From an uncultured Gammaproteobacteria bacterium (GTDB taxonomy: Bacteria > Patescibacteriota > Microgenomatia > UBA8517), in the NCBI GenBank assembly GCA_964627195.1, contig CAZVJU010000003.1, positions 14,854 through 78,853 on the forward strand: DNA of 64,000 nt, in the 5' to 3' direction. The translations under genes were made by a program, and so were the position numbers. The notes under the pieces were generated by a model. It was not told where the DNA came from and ran no database searches. It saw only the letters and a list, made by a program, of their open reading frames with translations. Each line of letters starts with the position of its first letter. Within the stretch, counting starts at the first letter, position 1. Shown piece by piece: positions 1 to 9,851 of the stretch.

Positions 1-752
1 ATAGCGATAGCTTAGGAAGAGTTACTGAAACAATAAAAAAACAAAACATTGATGGTATTGAATTCGATATACATGCCACCTCAGATGGAAAAATAATAGT
101 TAGGCATGATTTTGCAATCGAAACAGATTCTGGTTACAAGTGGATAAAAGAACTCTCTTTTAAGAAGTTAAGGAAAAACATAAGTGAAAGTGACTGTCCA
201 ACTCTTGAAGATATAGTTGAAGCAATAGGAAAAACGGACAAAATTGTTGATATCGAAATAAAACAGTCAGATATAGCAAATAGAATTATCAGTAAATACA
301 AAGAAACGACGATTTATAAACAATTCATTTTTACAACTCTATATGAAAACATATACAAAGAAATCATCGAGAGTGATCCAGATATAGCTTGGATGTACGG
401 ATATCCACGCGATAGAGGTAAAAATCTTACTAACCGTTGGTGGGCACAAATAATAGTTAAACCTGCTGTATTTTTAATAAAGCACTCACTTCCTAAGAAG
501 ATATTGGAAATGATGCGGGTTATTCCAACTGATTTTTTTAGCTTTTACAACAAAGTTATCAGCAAGGATTTGGTAGAAAATATTCACGGAAAAAACAAGT
601 TTGCAATAGGTGCAACTATCAGTTTAAATAACGATACCGGATCAGAAAAATCTCTGGAGCATATGACTAGAATGTTAGTCAATGGCATTGATTTGATAAA
701 AACTGACAATCCTGAATGCTATTTAACAGCGTTGAAGAATAGTTTACTCTAA
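1..752 (+). CDS. Glycerophosphodiester phosphodiesterase (GDPD) family protein, 5'-truncated by window edge
   Basis: Frame of ORF 393..752 stays open upstream; from nt 3 it reads SDSLGRVTETIKKQNIDGIEFDIHATSDGKIIVRHD (GDPD GxExDV..T.DG..VV.HD motif), later CPTLEDI, DIEIK and C-terminal GIDLIKTDNP. Confidence 0.85.
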   Translation, partial: SDSLGRVTETIKKQNIDGIEFDIHATSDGKIIVRHDFAIETDSGYKWIKELSFKKLRKNISESDCPTLEDIVEAIGKTDKIVDIEIKQSDIANRIISKYKETTIYKQFIFTTLYENIYKEIIESDPDIAWMYGYPRDRGKNLTNRWWAQIIVKPAVFLIKHSLPKKILEMMRVIPTDFFSFYNKVISKDLVENIHGKNKFAIGATISLNNDTGSEKSLEHMTRMLVNGIDLIKTDNPECYLTALKNSLL

Positions 753-1507
753 TAACGTTTTTCTAACCACTTAAAAATACTATTAATACTTCGTGAATTA
801 AGTTGTTGTTTAAAGTAGTTTAAAGACATATCGTCAGGAAAATGCTTTATGTCTGTATCTACTATTAATAGATCATCAACATTCTTTTTAAATAAAGATG
901 TTACTTCCTTATAAGAAATTTTATTGTCATTTTTGTTCATTATTAAAATATATGGTTTGTTTAACCAATATTCTCCGGAAAAACTAAAAATAATGTTTGC
1001 TGTATCGATAAAGGTTTTGGGATCAATTTCGTTAATTATAACTTCAAGAACCTCCTTATCGGCAAATTTTAAAAATATTCCTAAATAATTCTTTTTCCAA
1101 ATATAATCATAAATATTTAATCTCTTTATAATATTTGTTAATAATTGATAGTAAATTAATTTGTATTTTTTTATTTTAAATACCTTCTTGTTAATAAAAG
1201 GTTCTATTGCAATAACTGATTTGCAACACTCATCAACTTTCATTTTACTTACGACGCAATGACTGAAACTCATACTCCCTAAAATATACTTATCTAGGTT
1301 TATTTTCCTAATTTCCTTTTCCATATATTCTGCATAACCATCGATTGAAATTTGTTTTAGAGGTGTAACTAAGTTTCTGAATCCAGGAAGATCAATAAAA
1401 TATACATTAAAATATTCTGATAAAAAATCTACTAAACCTTTTAAAATAATGCTGTTGGTAGGGAAGGAGTGAGTTATGACCAAATTATACTTTTTCTTCA
1501 TATTCAC
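749..1507 (-). CDS. Alpha/beta hydrolase fold protein
   Basis: ITHSFP, FIDLPGF, LGSMSFS (variant nucleophile elbow), C-terminal His. Confidence 0.65.
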   Translation of the reverse strand: MNMKKKYNLVITHSFPTNSIILKGLVDFLSEYFNVYFIDLPGFRNLVTPLKQISIDGYAEYMEKEIRKINLDKYILGSMSFSHCVVSKMKVDECCKSVIAIEPFINKKVFKIKKYKLIYYQLLTNIIKRLNIYDYIWKKNYLGIFLKFADKEVLEVIINEIDPKTFIDTANIIFSFSGEYWLNKPYILIMNKNDNKISYKEVTSLFKKNVDDLLIVDTDIKHFPDDMSLNYFKQQLNSRSINSIFKWLEKRY

Positions 1508-1602
1508 TAATGTTAAAAGTATAAAAAATTACAACAGGTTTTAATAGGAGATAAAATATAAGGTCATACTCCCAGGTGTGTACAGTCACTTCGCAAACGC
1601 GA

Positions 1603-1938
1603 TCAGAGTACTATCGTCTCCTTCACATACTCTTTAACTTTGGATTCAAGATAACTTTTCACTTTTTCCCAATCAATTGCCTCAATCATATCCGGATCGG
1701 GATCTTTGTCGGCATCAAAGAAATAAGAAATGGATTTAAGTAAATGGAGTTTTTGATAATTCACACCTTTAAATTTACTTTCCAGCTTTTTAAAAATGTC
1801 CTCCAAAGAAAATTTCTGAAGAATGAAATAAAGATCAATAAAATCCTTCTTTGATCCGCGCGACGAAATTGCCGTAACTTTCATACAGGCAATATCTAAA
1901 ACCTGTTTTGTTTCTGGGTAAAGGGTTTGCGGATACAT
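1603..1938 (-). pseudogene. AbiEii/AbiGii-type nucleotidyltransferase toxin with internal deletion
   Basis: N-terminal MYPQTLYPETKQVL is joined directly to the C-terminal half DIACMKVTAISSRGSKKDFIDLYFIL; the GGTA..R.S.DLD catalytic part is missing. Confidence 0.7.
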
Positions 1939-2191
1939 GTCAATTTTTCCTTATCCACTCCATAGTATAGAGCAAAAAAATTTCCTGTTTTAGGTGATAT
2001 TTTTTACTGGTAATCAAAACTTTAACTATTTCTTTCTTACCAAAAGTATCGGTAATCCAGTTTAAAGCATTAAAGTCCACGTATTCCAATACTCTTTCTA
2101 TGATAAAGTTTTCAGATTGAGCCGTAAGGTCAGTTTTTTTTACATCCCAGAGAAGTCTGGACACGAAGGAAGGTATCTTCATCTTATCCAT
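1895..2191 (-). pseudogene. DUF6922-like antitoxin partner of AbiEii, frameshifted near C-terminus
   Basis: LLWDV...FIIERVLEY motif; adding one A in the run near 2000-2005 restores SKKISPKTGNFFALYYGVDKEKLTCIRKPFTQKQNRF*. Confidence 0.6.
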
Positions 2192-2292
2192 ATTATATCA
2201 TTTCCGAAGCTGATAAAAACTTAGTCTGAATTTAATAATTTTTGGAATTTACTTGACAATATTATTTCGGTAAACTATATTCTCTTATTATT

Positions 2293-2514
2293 ATGTGCAT
2301 ATGCGAAACTTGTAAGAGGGAGGTAAGTATTAGAAAAGATCCTTCTTCCGGTGTGAGGACCCCCATCCTCCATAATCCTCATGGTGAAGGAGGTCAGATT
2401 TCAATAATACACTATGGTATTTTACGAACCATCACTCCATGCAGAGATGCTGGTTACACTTGCAAAGCGCGAGTTGAATTAAACACTCAGTCTCGTCCTC
2501 CTGAAATTCCTTAA
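2293..2514 (+). CDS. Small Cys/His-containing hypothetical protein (possible Zn-binding)
   Basis: 73 aa ORF, CxCxxC at N-terminus; TTGACA and TATATT promoter-like boxes just upstream. Confidence 0.45.
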   Translation: MCICETCKREVSIRKDPSSGVRTPILHNPHGEGGQISIIHYGILRTITPCRDAGYTCKARVELNTQSRPPEIP

Positions 2515-2540
2515 AGAAGCAAATTATTTATCAGACCTAT

Positions 2541-2568
2541 GTGACCCAAAGTTATTTCATTTCGGACT
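2541..2568 (-). repeat. tRNA-Glu-type junction site (AGTCCGAA-N13-GGGTCAC)
   Basis: 18-bp direct repeat TGACCCAAAGTTATTTCA at 2542-2559 and 3451-3468; minus strand ends in GGGTCAC like tRNA-Glu. Confidence 0.7.
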
Positions 2569-2639
2569 CGCAAATTAGTCAATTTATGGTTGCGATATAA
2601 TTTCAGATGTAATACTTTTTGGTGCTATAATTGGTTTGT

Positions 2640-3041
2640 ATGAAAATCAATAAATTCAAACTGGATGAAATAAGAAAAAGGCACAATCTACTTCTTATTC
2701 TTTTGCATGGATCACACGTCAGCGGGAAAGTTCATGTAAAAAGTGATGTGGATATTGCTATTGTGAGGAAAGATGACAGACAAAAACTAAAGCTCCTTGA
2801 ACTTATAAAAGATTTATCTGCGACACTCGAAACAGATAAAATTGATGTAAGTGATCTAACTCATGCCGATCCTCTTTTTTTATATTCTGTTGTCATAAAG
2901 TCCAAGCTTCTTTCAGGAGAGAAGAATAACTACGACGCACTTTTGAGACTTGCTTTTCATAAATACAGCGACTATCTCCCCTACCTAGAAAAAGAAAGAG
3001 AACTGGTAATAGAAAAAATTAAATCCTATGTCACCAATTGA
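2640..3041 (+). CDS. Minimal nucleotidyltransferase (MNT) antitoxin, MntA-like
   Basis: LHGSHVSG..SDVDIAI (GS..DxD) motif; overlaps downstream HEPN gene. Confidence 0.85.
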   Translation: MKINKFKLDEIRKRHNLLLILLHGSHVSGKVHVKSDVDIAIVRKDDRQKLKLLELIKDLSATLETDKIDVSDLTHADPLFLYSVVIKSKLLSGEKNNYDALLRLAFHKYSDYLPYLEKERELVIEKIKSYVTN

Positions 3042-3453
3042 CAAACAACTTATTATCAGAAAAGCAAAATTAATAGAAGAGGATCTAAGTAAACTTAAAG
3101 AATTTGAAAATGTCTCTTTAAGCAAATATATTGATTCGCTGGAAATTCGTTTGCAAGTTGAAAGGCTTCTTGAACGAATAGTCGGAAGGATAATAGACAT
3201 TAATTATCATATTTTAAAAGAAGATTTTAATATTATGCCGACTGACTATTATAAATCTTTTACTAGGCTTGCCGAAGAAGAAATTATTGATAAAAAGTTT
3301 GCGGAGGAACTTGCTCAATCAACAGGATTAAGAAACGCTCTTGCTCACGAATATGATGCTATTGATGATAGTCAAGTGCATGCCTCAATTAAAACAACTC
3401 TCTCACAAGTTCCCCAATATCTCGACATAGTTTTAACAAAATACTCCAATTGA
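3028..3453 (+). CDS. HEPN RNase toxin (DUF86/HepT-like)
   Basis: RNALAHEY = R-X4-H-X-Y motif; paired with MNT (type VII TA). Confidence 0.88.
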   Translation: MSPIDKQLIIRKAKLIEEDLSKLKEFENVSLSKYIDSLEIRLQVERLLERIVGRIIDINYHILKEDFNIMPTDYYKSFTRLAEEEIIDKKFAEELAQSTGLRNALAHEYDAIDDSQVHASIKTTLSQVPQYLDIVLTKYSN

Positions 3454-3559
3454 CCCAAAGTTATTTCACAATGCTTTAGCAACGCCAAGCTTTGCTTACC
3501 GAGTCCAACTCGGCCAAGCTCCGCTTTTGACGCAGTCTTAAACTTGTTTATTTCGAACC
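3451..3559 (-). repeat. tRNA-Glu-type junction site with internal palindromic insertion
   Basis: Minus strand GGTTCGAA (3559-3552) ... TGAAATAACTTTGGGTCA; interior holds hairpin-like repeat DNA. Confidence 0.65.
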
Positions 3560-3598
3560 GACAGCTTAGTAAATTTGTGGTGTTAATAACAAGTTTGT

Positions 3599-3919
3599 TC
3601 ATTCTTCCGCTTCAAGATTCTCTGTTTCTTTTTCTACTCCTACAATTGATAAATTTTCAGAGCATTCTTCTCCGTTATGGTTAAACATTATATTAACTAT
3701 TCTTACGCTTCCTGCTTTCCATCTTCCTCTGTTTTCTAATACTATTAAAAAATCGGCAGGCGAAATATGAGTGTAACCTCCATTTCCGTCCGGTAAACGA
3801 GTTCCATTTTTGCTTATCGACATTATTAATGATTCACCAGGATTTAAAAACGGTATTAATTTGTTTTTACCTTTACTATCCCATTCGTAATTTACATGTA
3901 GAGAATCCTCTGGGCTCAT
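3599..3919 (-). CDS. Hypothetical protein
   Basis: 106 aa ORF with ATG start and TACAAT box just upstream; no recognised motif. Confidence 0.5.
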   Translation of the reverse strand: MSPEDSLHVNYEWDSKGKNKLIPFLNPGESLIMSISKNGTRLPDGNGGYTHISPADFLIVLENRGRWKAGSVRIVNIMFNHNGEECSENLSIVGVEKETENLEAEE

Positions 3920-4139
3920 AATTACATATTGTACAAATAAATTTGACTAATTAATCAGGAAAAGTGTTAATTCACACCCTAGAATGTACTAAACAGATAC
4001 ATCCGGTTATCACTAAAATCTAATCTTTTCCGGGGTGAGTCCTCTGGGTTCAGGGTGAAACACCTAATCGAGAGCATTTTAAGGACTTACGAACGATTAA
4101 AAGAGCTTGGCTTCATTTACTCCAATGGCAAAATTGTGG

Positions 4140-5321
4140 TTACAGATCTGTCGCGAGTATTGCCTCAGGATGATTATTGAATTGGTGAGTAATGACGAAG
4201 TTTTCCTTAATATTTAGAGACGAACTTCGGCGTTTTAATGTGGAGACATCTTGTGACGACACCGTAAACTTTACTTCAAAAGCAGTACTGCTATCTGCTA
4301 TAAAATCAATTTCACTGGCGCCTTCTTTGTTGTAGTAAGTTAATTTGTATTTATTTCTAAAATTCTGAAATACACTTTGCTCAAATAATTGACCTTGAGA
4401 TGCTTTTCCGAGCACATTTATGATACCTAAATCGCAAAGAAACAATTTCTTACTCCCCGCAGCCTGACGATCAATGCTGGCTGAAAATTTTGGAAGGAGT
4501 GTAATGAAATAAGTTTGTTCAAGAAATGACAGATAATTATAGATTGTTTCTCTGGAAACTGATAAATCACTTGCTAATTTCAGTATTTCAATTCTGGATC
4601 CAACTCTAGGGACAAGCATTAAAATTAAATCTCTTAATTTCGACATATCTTTAAAATCAGCTAAATTCTTAGCATCTTTTTCAAAATACGAAGTAAAGAT
4701 TTCAGAAAGCATTTTACGTTTACGATCCTGATTATCTTCCAATACAACCGAAGGAAAACCTCCAAATTCCATAAATTCATCAAAATAAGGAATGAGTCGT
4801 TCATAAGCTACTTGGTTTTTGTTGTTAGCCATCTCTATAAATGTATCTTTTTGATTTCTGTTAATCTTTTTAAATACCAAAAACTCTGTAAAGTTCAATG
4901 GAAATAGTTCAAAAATCATTTTTCTACCGGCAAGAGATTCAGGAAAAAGATTTCTTAGATAATAACTACTCGAGCCTGTCAGGAAAAACTTAACGTCCCA
5001 GTGGTCATATAGATATTTTACAACTCTGCTTAAATCGGGGAGATTTTGAACTTCATCGATAAAAATATACGCTTTAGACTTATTTGAAATTTCATATTCT
5101 GCCAAATTGTTCCATACTGTATCGTAATTTTCTTCTTCAAAAATTTTACGGTGAATAGGATTCTCCATATCAAGCATCGTTTTATTATTTGAATCAACCA
5201 TACTGTAGAGATGGCGAAGAGCGGTTGTTTTACCCACCTGGCGCATACCTGTTATAACGGTAATTTCCTTCGTTTTGAGTTCAGTTTCCAGTTGTGAAAA
5301 AAGTTGCCTAGGGTATAACAT
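4140..5321 (-). CDS. AAA+ ATPase (AAA_14 + DUF4143 family)
   Basis: Walker A GMRQVGKT, FIDEVQ, LTGSSS, GGFP, KLFLCDLG, EIDFI...EVK. Confidence 0.9.
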   Translation of the reverse strand: MLYPRQLFSQLETELKTKEITVITGMRQVGKTTALRHLYSMVDSNNKTMLDMENPIHRKIFEEENYDTVWNNLAEYEISNKSKAYIFIDEVQNLPDLSRVVKYLYDHWDVKFFLTGSSSYYLRNLFPESLAGRKMIFELFPLNFTEFLVFKKINRNQKDTFIEMANNKNQVAYERLIPYFDEFMEFGGFPSVVLEDNQDRKRKMLSEIFTSYFEKDAKNLADFKDMSKLRDLILMLVPRVGSRIEILKLASDLSVSRETIYNYLSFLEQTYFITLLPKFSASIDRQAAGSKKLFLCDLGIINVLGKASQGQLFEQSVFQNFRNKYKLTYYNKEGASEIDFIADSSTAFEVKFTVSSQDVSTLKRRSSSLNIKENFVITHQFNNHPEAILATDL

Positions 5322-5474
5322 ATGTCTGATGATAGCTTACATAGCCGGGGGGTATATGTCAAGTAGTACGAAGATTATCAAGCCTACTGGTATGGAACAC
5401 TTTTAGCCTAATATATCACACAAGGTGTGATATAGCTTCACACATCCGGTAAATAAGCCGTTTTTGTTGAAGTG

Positions 5475-5547
5475 TGACCCCACTGGGACTCGAACCCAGG
5501 TTTATAGGATGAGAACCTATTGTCCTAGACCACTAGACGATGGGGCC
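5475..5547 (-). tRNA. tRNA-Glu (CTC)
   Basis: GGCCCCA/TGGGGTC acceptor stem, ATAGG-TTCTCAT-CCTAT anticodon arm, GGTTCGAGTCC T arm; CCA not encoded. Confidence 0.95.
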
Positions 5548-5667
5548 TTCATTCAAACTTTCTTTTCCAAAGAAAGTTTGGTAAAGCAAAGAAAACACCC
5601 AAAATACTAAGACTATTTTAGCTTAGTTGAAGCTGAAAGACAATTAAACCCTTCGGTGAACTCAGGT

Positions 5668-8172
5668 TTAACTCGCAGCTATGAAGGTAGAACGGGGAAA
5701 AACACGGTCTTTTTTCTTTTCTTCAACAACCGGCCACTTTTTCAGGGCAATCTTAAGTACTTCCTCCAAGCGGGAGACAAATAGAAATTTTATATCTTTC
5801 TGAACGCTTGCGGGTATATCTTCCATATCCTTCTTATTATCCTTGGGAAGAATTATTGTCTTTAACCCGGCTCGGTGACCTGCTATTACTTTTTCTTTTA
5901 CTCCGCCGATTTCAAGCGCACGACCGCGTAAAGTAATCTCGCCTGTCATGCCGACATTTCGTCTGACCGGAATTTTGGTTAAGGCCGATACCAGTGCTGT
6001 CGCCATCGCAATGCCTGCAGACGGACCGTCTTTTGGAACTGCCCCTTCAGGAACATGAATGTGGACATCAATATTGGCGACAAATTCTTCTTTTAGATTA
6101 AGTTCCTGCCAATGAGCTTTGGCCCAGGTAAAGGCCGCCTTGGCCGACTCCTTCATAACTTCCCCAAGTTGACCGGTTAAAGTCAGCTTCCCCTTGCCCG
6201 GCATCAGAGCTACTTCTATAAAAAGAATTTCGCCGCCCGAAGCCGTGACGGCAAGGCCGGTTGACATGCCAACTTCATCAACCTTTTCAGCAATTAGGGA
6301 ACTGAATTTCTGGGGCCCTAAAAATTTTCTTACGTCAGCATTTTTTATTATCATAGGAAACTTTTTCTTCTCTGCGACCAAGCGCGCGATTTTTCGACAA
6401 ACCGTTGCAAGATTTCGTTCCAAATCCCTTACTCCGGCCTCTCGGGTATATCGATTAATAATTTCATTCAAAGCATTTTTGGCCATTTTAATTCCCTTAT
6501 CTTCGAATCCATGAAGCCTAAGTTGTTTTGGCCACAAAAATTCTTCGGCGATTTTATATTTCTCATCCTGGGTATAGCCGGGGAAACGAATTACCTCCAT
6601 TCTGTCCCGAAGCGCGCTTGGAATTTTTTCCAAAACGTTACCGGTGCAAATAAACATCACTTGCGATAGATCAAAGGGAACTTCCAAATAATGATCCGAG
6701 AATTCTCTATTTTGTTCTGGGTCGAGAGCTTCAAGAAGTGCCGATGACGGATCTCCTCGAAAGTCTACTCCCAATTTATCGATCTCATCCAACATAAAAA
6801 TAGGGTTTCTGGAACCAGCATTTTTAATGCCTTGGATTATTCTTCCTGGGAGAGCACCAACATAGGTTCTCCTATGGCCTCGAATTTCCGCTTCATCCCG
6901 AATTCCGCCAAGAGACATCCTAACAAATTTCCTGCCGAGAGCTCTCGCAATTGACTTGCCGATAGAAGTTTTACCGACTCCGGGGGGTCCGATAAAACAA
7001 AGAATCGTAGGTTGGGAATCTTCTTCTTTATCTTTTTCAGTTTCTGATTGAGTTAAATTTTCACCTTGTTTAGATTTTTTTTGCGAGTTTTTTTTATGAC
7101 TCTTTTTAATTTGCATCACCGCAAGATATTCCAATATCCTCTCCTTGGCCTTATTGAGTCCAAAATGATCGTTCTCAAGAATTTCTGCAGCTTTTGAAAT
7201 GGAAACGTTATTAGGGGTAGCCACACTCCAAGGCATGTCGCAAAGCCAATCAAGATAGTTCCTGATGTAACCTCCCTCCGGATTGTGAGGTGAAAGCTGG
7301 TTAAGTCTTTTAAGTTCTTTTTCTGCTTTTTCCCGAACGTCTTTCGGCATACCAACTTCTTTGATTTTTTGTCTGTATTCTTTAAACTCTTCGGTTGATA
7401 AATCTCCTTCTTCACCTTCACCCAACTCTTCTTCGATAGTCCTTTTTTTCTCGCGAAGCATGGCTTTGCGCATTTGATCCTCAAAGCGTTTTTGAGTTTT
7501 TGAAGATATGGTATGTTCGAGCTCAAGCACGTTTACCTCCTGGGAAAGATTCTCCAAAACTTTTTGGAGCCGATCCTTTAAAGAGGTCATCTCCAATAGT
7601 TCCTGTTTTCCCTTCATTTTGGTTTCAAGAAGTGACGCAACTTGGTCCACGAGTTCATTCGGTTCTACCTTCCCGGAAACCAGCTTCATAACGGCCATTA
7701 TTTCGGCTTGCTTACCAAGGTTGATCGATTTTTTGAAAAGATCGGAAATTTTGTTTGCAAGAGCTTGAATTTCCTCGGCTGTTCCTTTCACTACTGTAGG
7801 AACTTCCTCAACTTTCGCAATTAAGTGGGGTTCTGTAGAAGTCATTTCGATTAACCTTATTCTGGCTTGGCCCCTAACTACTGCATGGATTTCACCTTCC
7901 GTAGACATCATTTGGGTTATAGTTGCTATAGTCCCAATTTTAAAAAGGTCTTCAAAATCAGGGTCAGGAATTCGAGCATCTTTCTGGGTAAAAATGCCTA
8001 CCACCCTATCTTCCTGAAAAGCAGTATTTATTGCTTCAACGCTTTTCTTCCTTCCGAAGGAGAGAACTGCGTCCGTGTGGGGAAAAACTACCGATCCGCG
8101 GATAGCGACAATCGGGATCTGCCTATAGATTATAGTTTTTTCAAGTTCAACTTTTGTTACTTCGTCTGCCAT
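5668..8172 (-). CDS. lon: ATP-dependent protease La
   Basis: LON N-domain, GPPGVGKTS, HRRTYVGALPG, PKDGPSAG catalytic Ser. Confidence 0.98.
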   Translation of the reverse strand: MADEVTKVELEKTIIYRQIPIVAIRGSVVFPHTDAVLSFGRKKSVEAINTAFQEDRVVGIFTQKDARIPDPDFEDLFKIGTIATITQMMSTEGEIHAVVRGQARIRLIEMTSTEPHLIAKVEEVPTVVKGTAEEIQALANKISDLFKKSINLGKQAEIMAVMKLVSGKVEPNELVDQVASLLETKMKGKQELLEMTSLKDRLQKVLENLSQEVNVLELEHTISSKTQKRFEDQMRKAMLREKKRTIEEELGEGEEGDLSTEEFKEYRQKIKEVGMPKDVREKAEKELKRLNQLSPHNPEGGYIRNYLDWLCDMPWSVATPNNVSISKAAEILENDHFGLNKAKERILEYLAVMQIKKSHKKNSQKKSKQGENLTQSETEKDKEEDSQPTILCFIGPPGVGKTSIGKSIARALGRKFVRMSLGGIRDEAEIRGHRRTYVGALPGRIIQGIKNAGSRNPIFMLDEIDKLGVDFRGDPSSALLEALDPEQNREFSDHYLEVPFDLSQVMFICTGNVLEKIPSALRDRMEVIRFPGYTQDEKYKIAEEFLWPKQLRLHGFEDKGIKMAKNALNEIINRYTREAGVRDLERNLATVCRKIARLVAEKKKFPMIIKNADVRKFLGPQKFSSLIAEKVDEVGMSTGLAVTASGGEILFIEVALMPGKGKLTLTGQLGEVMKESAKAAFTWAKAHWQELNLKEEFVANIDVHIHVPEGAVPKDGPSAGIAMATALVSALTKIPVRRNVGMTGEITLRGRALEIGGVKEKVIAGHRAGLKTIILPKDNKKDMEDIPASVQKDIKFLFVSRLEEVLKIALKKWPVVEEKKKDRVFPRSTFIAAS

Positions 8173-8230
8173 GAATTAAATATATTTTAGCAGTCTATCC
8201 TCTTGTTTGCTAAAAGTCAAGAGTCTTTCT

Positions 8231-8716
8231 TCACTTTACTAACTTGAACAAATGAAGTTTGTCGATAATATAGGCCACACATAACCCCAAAATAGCTCCT
8301 GCGAAAATGTCTGTATAAGAGTGAACATTCCCCAAAACTCTCCCTAAACCTACTAAGAATGCGCTTGCCAAAAAGAAAAAGCCAATCTTTTTATCATGCA
8401 ACCACACACTTACAGCCAGCGCGAATGCTGAGGCTGCATGGGATGACGGAAAAGCGGAATCGAAAGGTACCGTCAAGGTCATCGGAATACTCCCGTTAAC
8501 TTCAAAGGGTCGTGAAATCGGAAATAAATTTTTTATCATTTCGGCGATAACCCATGCGAGTAAGGTTGCGAAAAGCGCGTGGAAAGCTTCCTCCCTCTTC
8601 ACTCTCCCATCAAAGAGCCAAAGCCCCAAAAGTCCCGCAAACATGAACCAAATCAAAAAACTCGCTAAAAAAGTTACGGAAATTGACGTCTGACCGGAAA
8701 GAACTGCAGGGTTCAT
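8231..8716 (-). CDS. PAP2-family phosphatase (BcrC-like undecaprenyl-PP phosphatase)
   Basis: K......RP, FPSSH, GRV.GNVHSYTD motifs; start set at MNPAV. Confidence 0.85.
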   Translation of the reverse strand: MNPAVLSGQTSISVTFLASFLIWFMFAGLLGLWLFDGRVKREEAFHALFATLLAWVIAEMIKNLFPISRPFEVNGSIPMTLTVPFDSAFPSSHAASAFALAVSVWLHDKKIGFFFLASAFLVGLGRVLGNVHSYTDIFAGAILGLCVAYIIDKLHLFKLVK

Positions 8717-8717
8717 A

Positions 8718-9410
8718 TTAGTCGTGAATAACAATGCGTGTCCCCAGGTTATCGGCGCTTGAATAAACTATGTTCTTGCCTTCGGGAAGAACCGGCGAGG
8801 CCCAATAGTAAAGCTTTTCTGCAATAGGTGTGGGAAGATTAACACATCCATGGCTCCGCGGCGTTCCAAAATCGTTATGCCAGTAGGTTCCGTGTAACCC
8901 ATAACCCCTCCAATTAGGAACTTTACTGTTGCCGAAATACATCACATACGGGACATTCGGTAAATTATAATAATATCTGCCGCTTCCTCCTTCCATCTTT
9001 GTGGCTCTAAGTTTAATCCAAATTCTAAATTCACCTACAGGAGTCGGGGTCCCAGGGAGTCCGCTGGAAACACGTGTTTCCAGAAACAAATTACCACCAT
9101 CCCACGCTTGTAACTTTTGTTCCGACAAATCAACTTCAATGTAGCGATCGCCATTTGTTGTTCCGAGTACTCTGTCTGCATCCGGCGCAGATGCGATCAT
9201 GGGAGGAACCTGAAGTCTTTGCCCCTCAAAAATTGCCAGTTTCTGAGTAGGATCATATTCTCCGGCATAGTTTACGCTCTGGCAGGCACTTATGTCGTCG
9301 CTCTTAGTTTTTACTTTCTGAACAGTACTATTATCCCTGAAATTCAAAGTCAGGAAAAAAGAGAACATCAGGACAGAGCAAGATAAAATGATTAGAAAAT
9401 TTTTCTTCAT
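8718..9410 (-). CDS. L,D-transpeptidase (YkuD family)
   Basis: IEVDLSEQ, TPVG.F, GLHGTYWH...SHGCVN. Confidence 0.9.
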   Translation of the reverse strand: MKKNFLIILSCSVLMFSFFLTLNFRDNSTVQKVKTKSDDISACQSVNYAGEYDPTQKLAIFEGQRLQVPPMIASAPDADRVLGTTNGDRYIEVDLSEQKLQAWDGGNLFLETRVSSGLPGTPTPVGEFRIWIKLRATKMEGGSGRYYYNLPNVPYVMYFGNSKVPNWRGYGLHGTYWHNDFGTPRSHGCVNLPTPIAEKLYYWASPVLPEGKNIVYSSADNLGTRIVIHD

Positions 9411-9480
9411 TTAACTACCTACTACTAATATATCTAATATCTCTTTGTTTTTCCAATTGACAAGATTATACTTACTGGGT

Positions 9481-9846
9481 ATGGGGTTAAGACATCCGAC
9501 AGCAAAGAGTTTCACTTATGCTTTCCAAGGGATAAAAACTGCATTCAAAAGAGAGCCGAATTTCAGAATTCATCTCTTACTGGCAATTTTTGTTCTTTTA
9601 TCGGCAACTTTATTAAAGTTTTCTCTCATTGAATGGCTTATATTGGCATTTACAATAACCTTTGTAATTACATTGGAGCTTCTTAATACTGTTCTGGAGG
9701 CGATGGTAAATCTCATTAGTCCTAATATCTCCGAAGAGGCGCGTGTCGCAAAGGATGTTGCGGCAGGAATGGTACTTGTGATATCAGCTTTAGCCGTTGT
9801 AGTCGGCTTACTCCTTTTTGTACCAAAAGTTCTTAATCTTTTCTAG
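9481..9846 (+). CDS. dgkA: Diacylglycerol/undecaprenol kinase (DgkA family)
   Basis: SFTYAFQGI...EPNFRIH, ELLNT.LE, AKDVAAG. Confidence 0.9.
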   Translation: MGLRHPTAKSFTYAFQGIKTAFKREPNFRIHLLLAIFVLLSATLLKFSLIEWLILAFTITFVITLELLNTVLEAMVNLISPNISEEARVAKDVAAGMVLVISALAVVVGLLLFVPKVLNLF

Positions 9847-9851
9847 AATCT

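Noticed and set aside
6194-8190. Alternative-frame and antisense ORFs within lon (likewise within other long genes)
   Set aside because: They overlap well-supported genes and have no motifs; treated as shadow ORFs.
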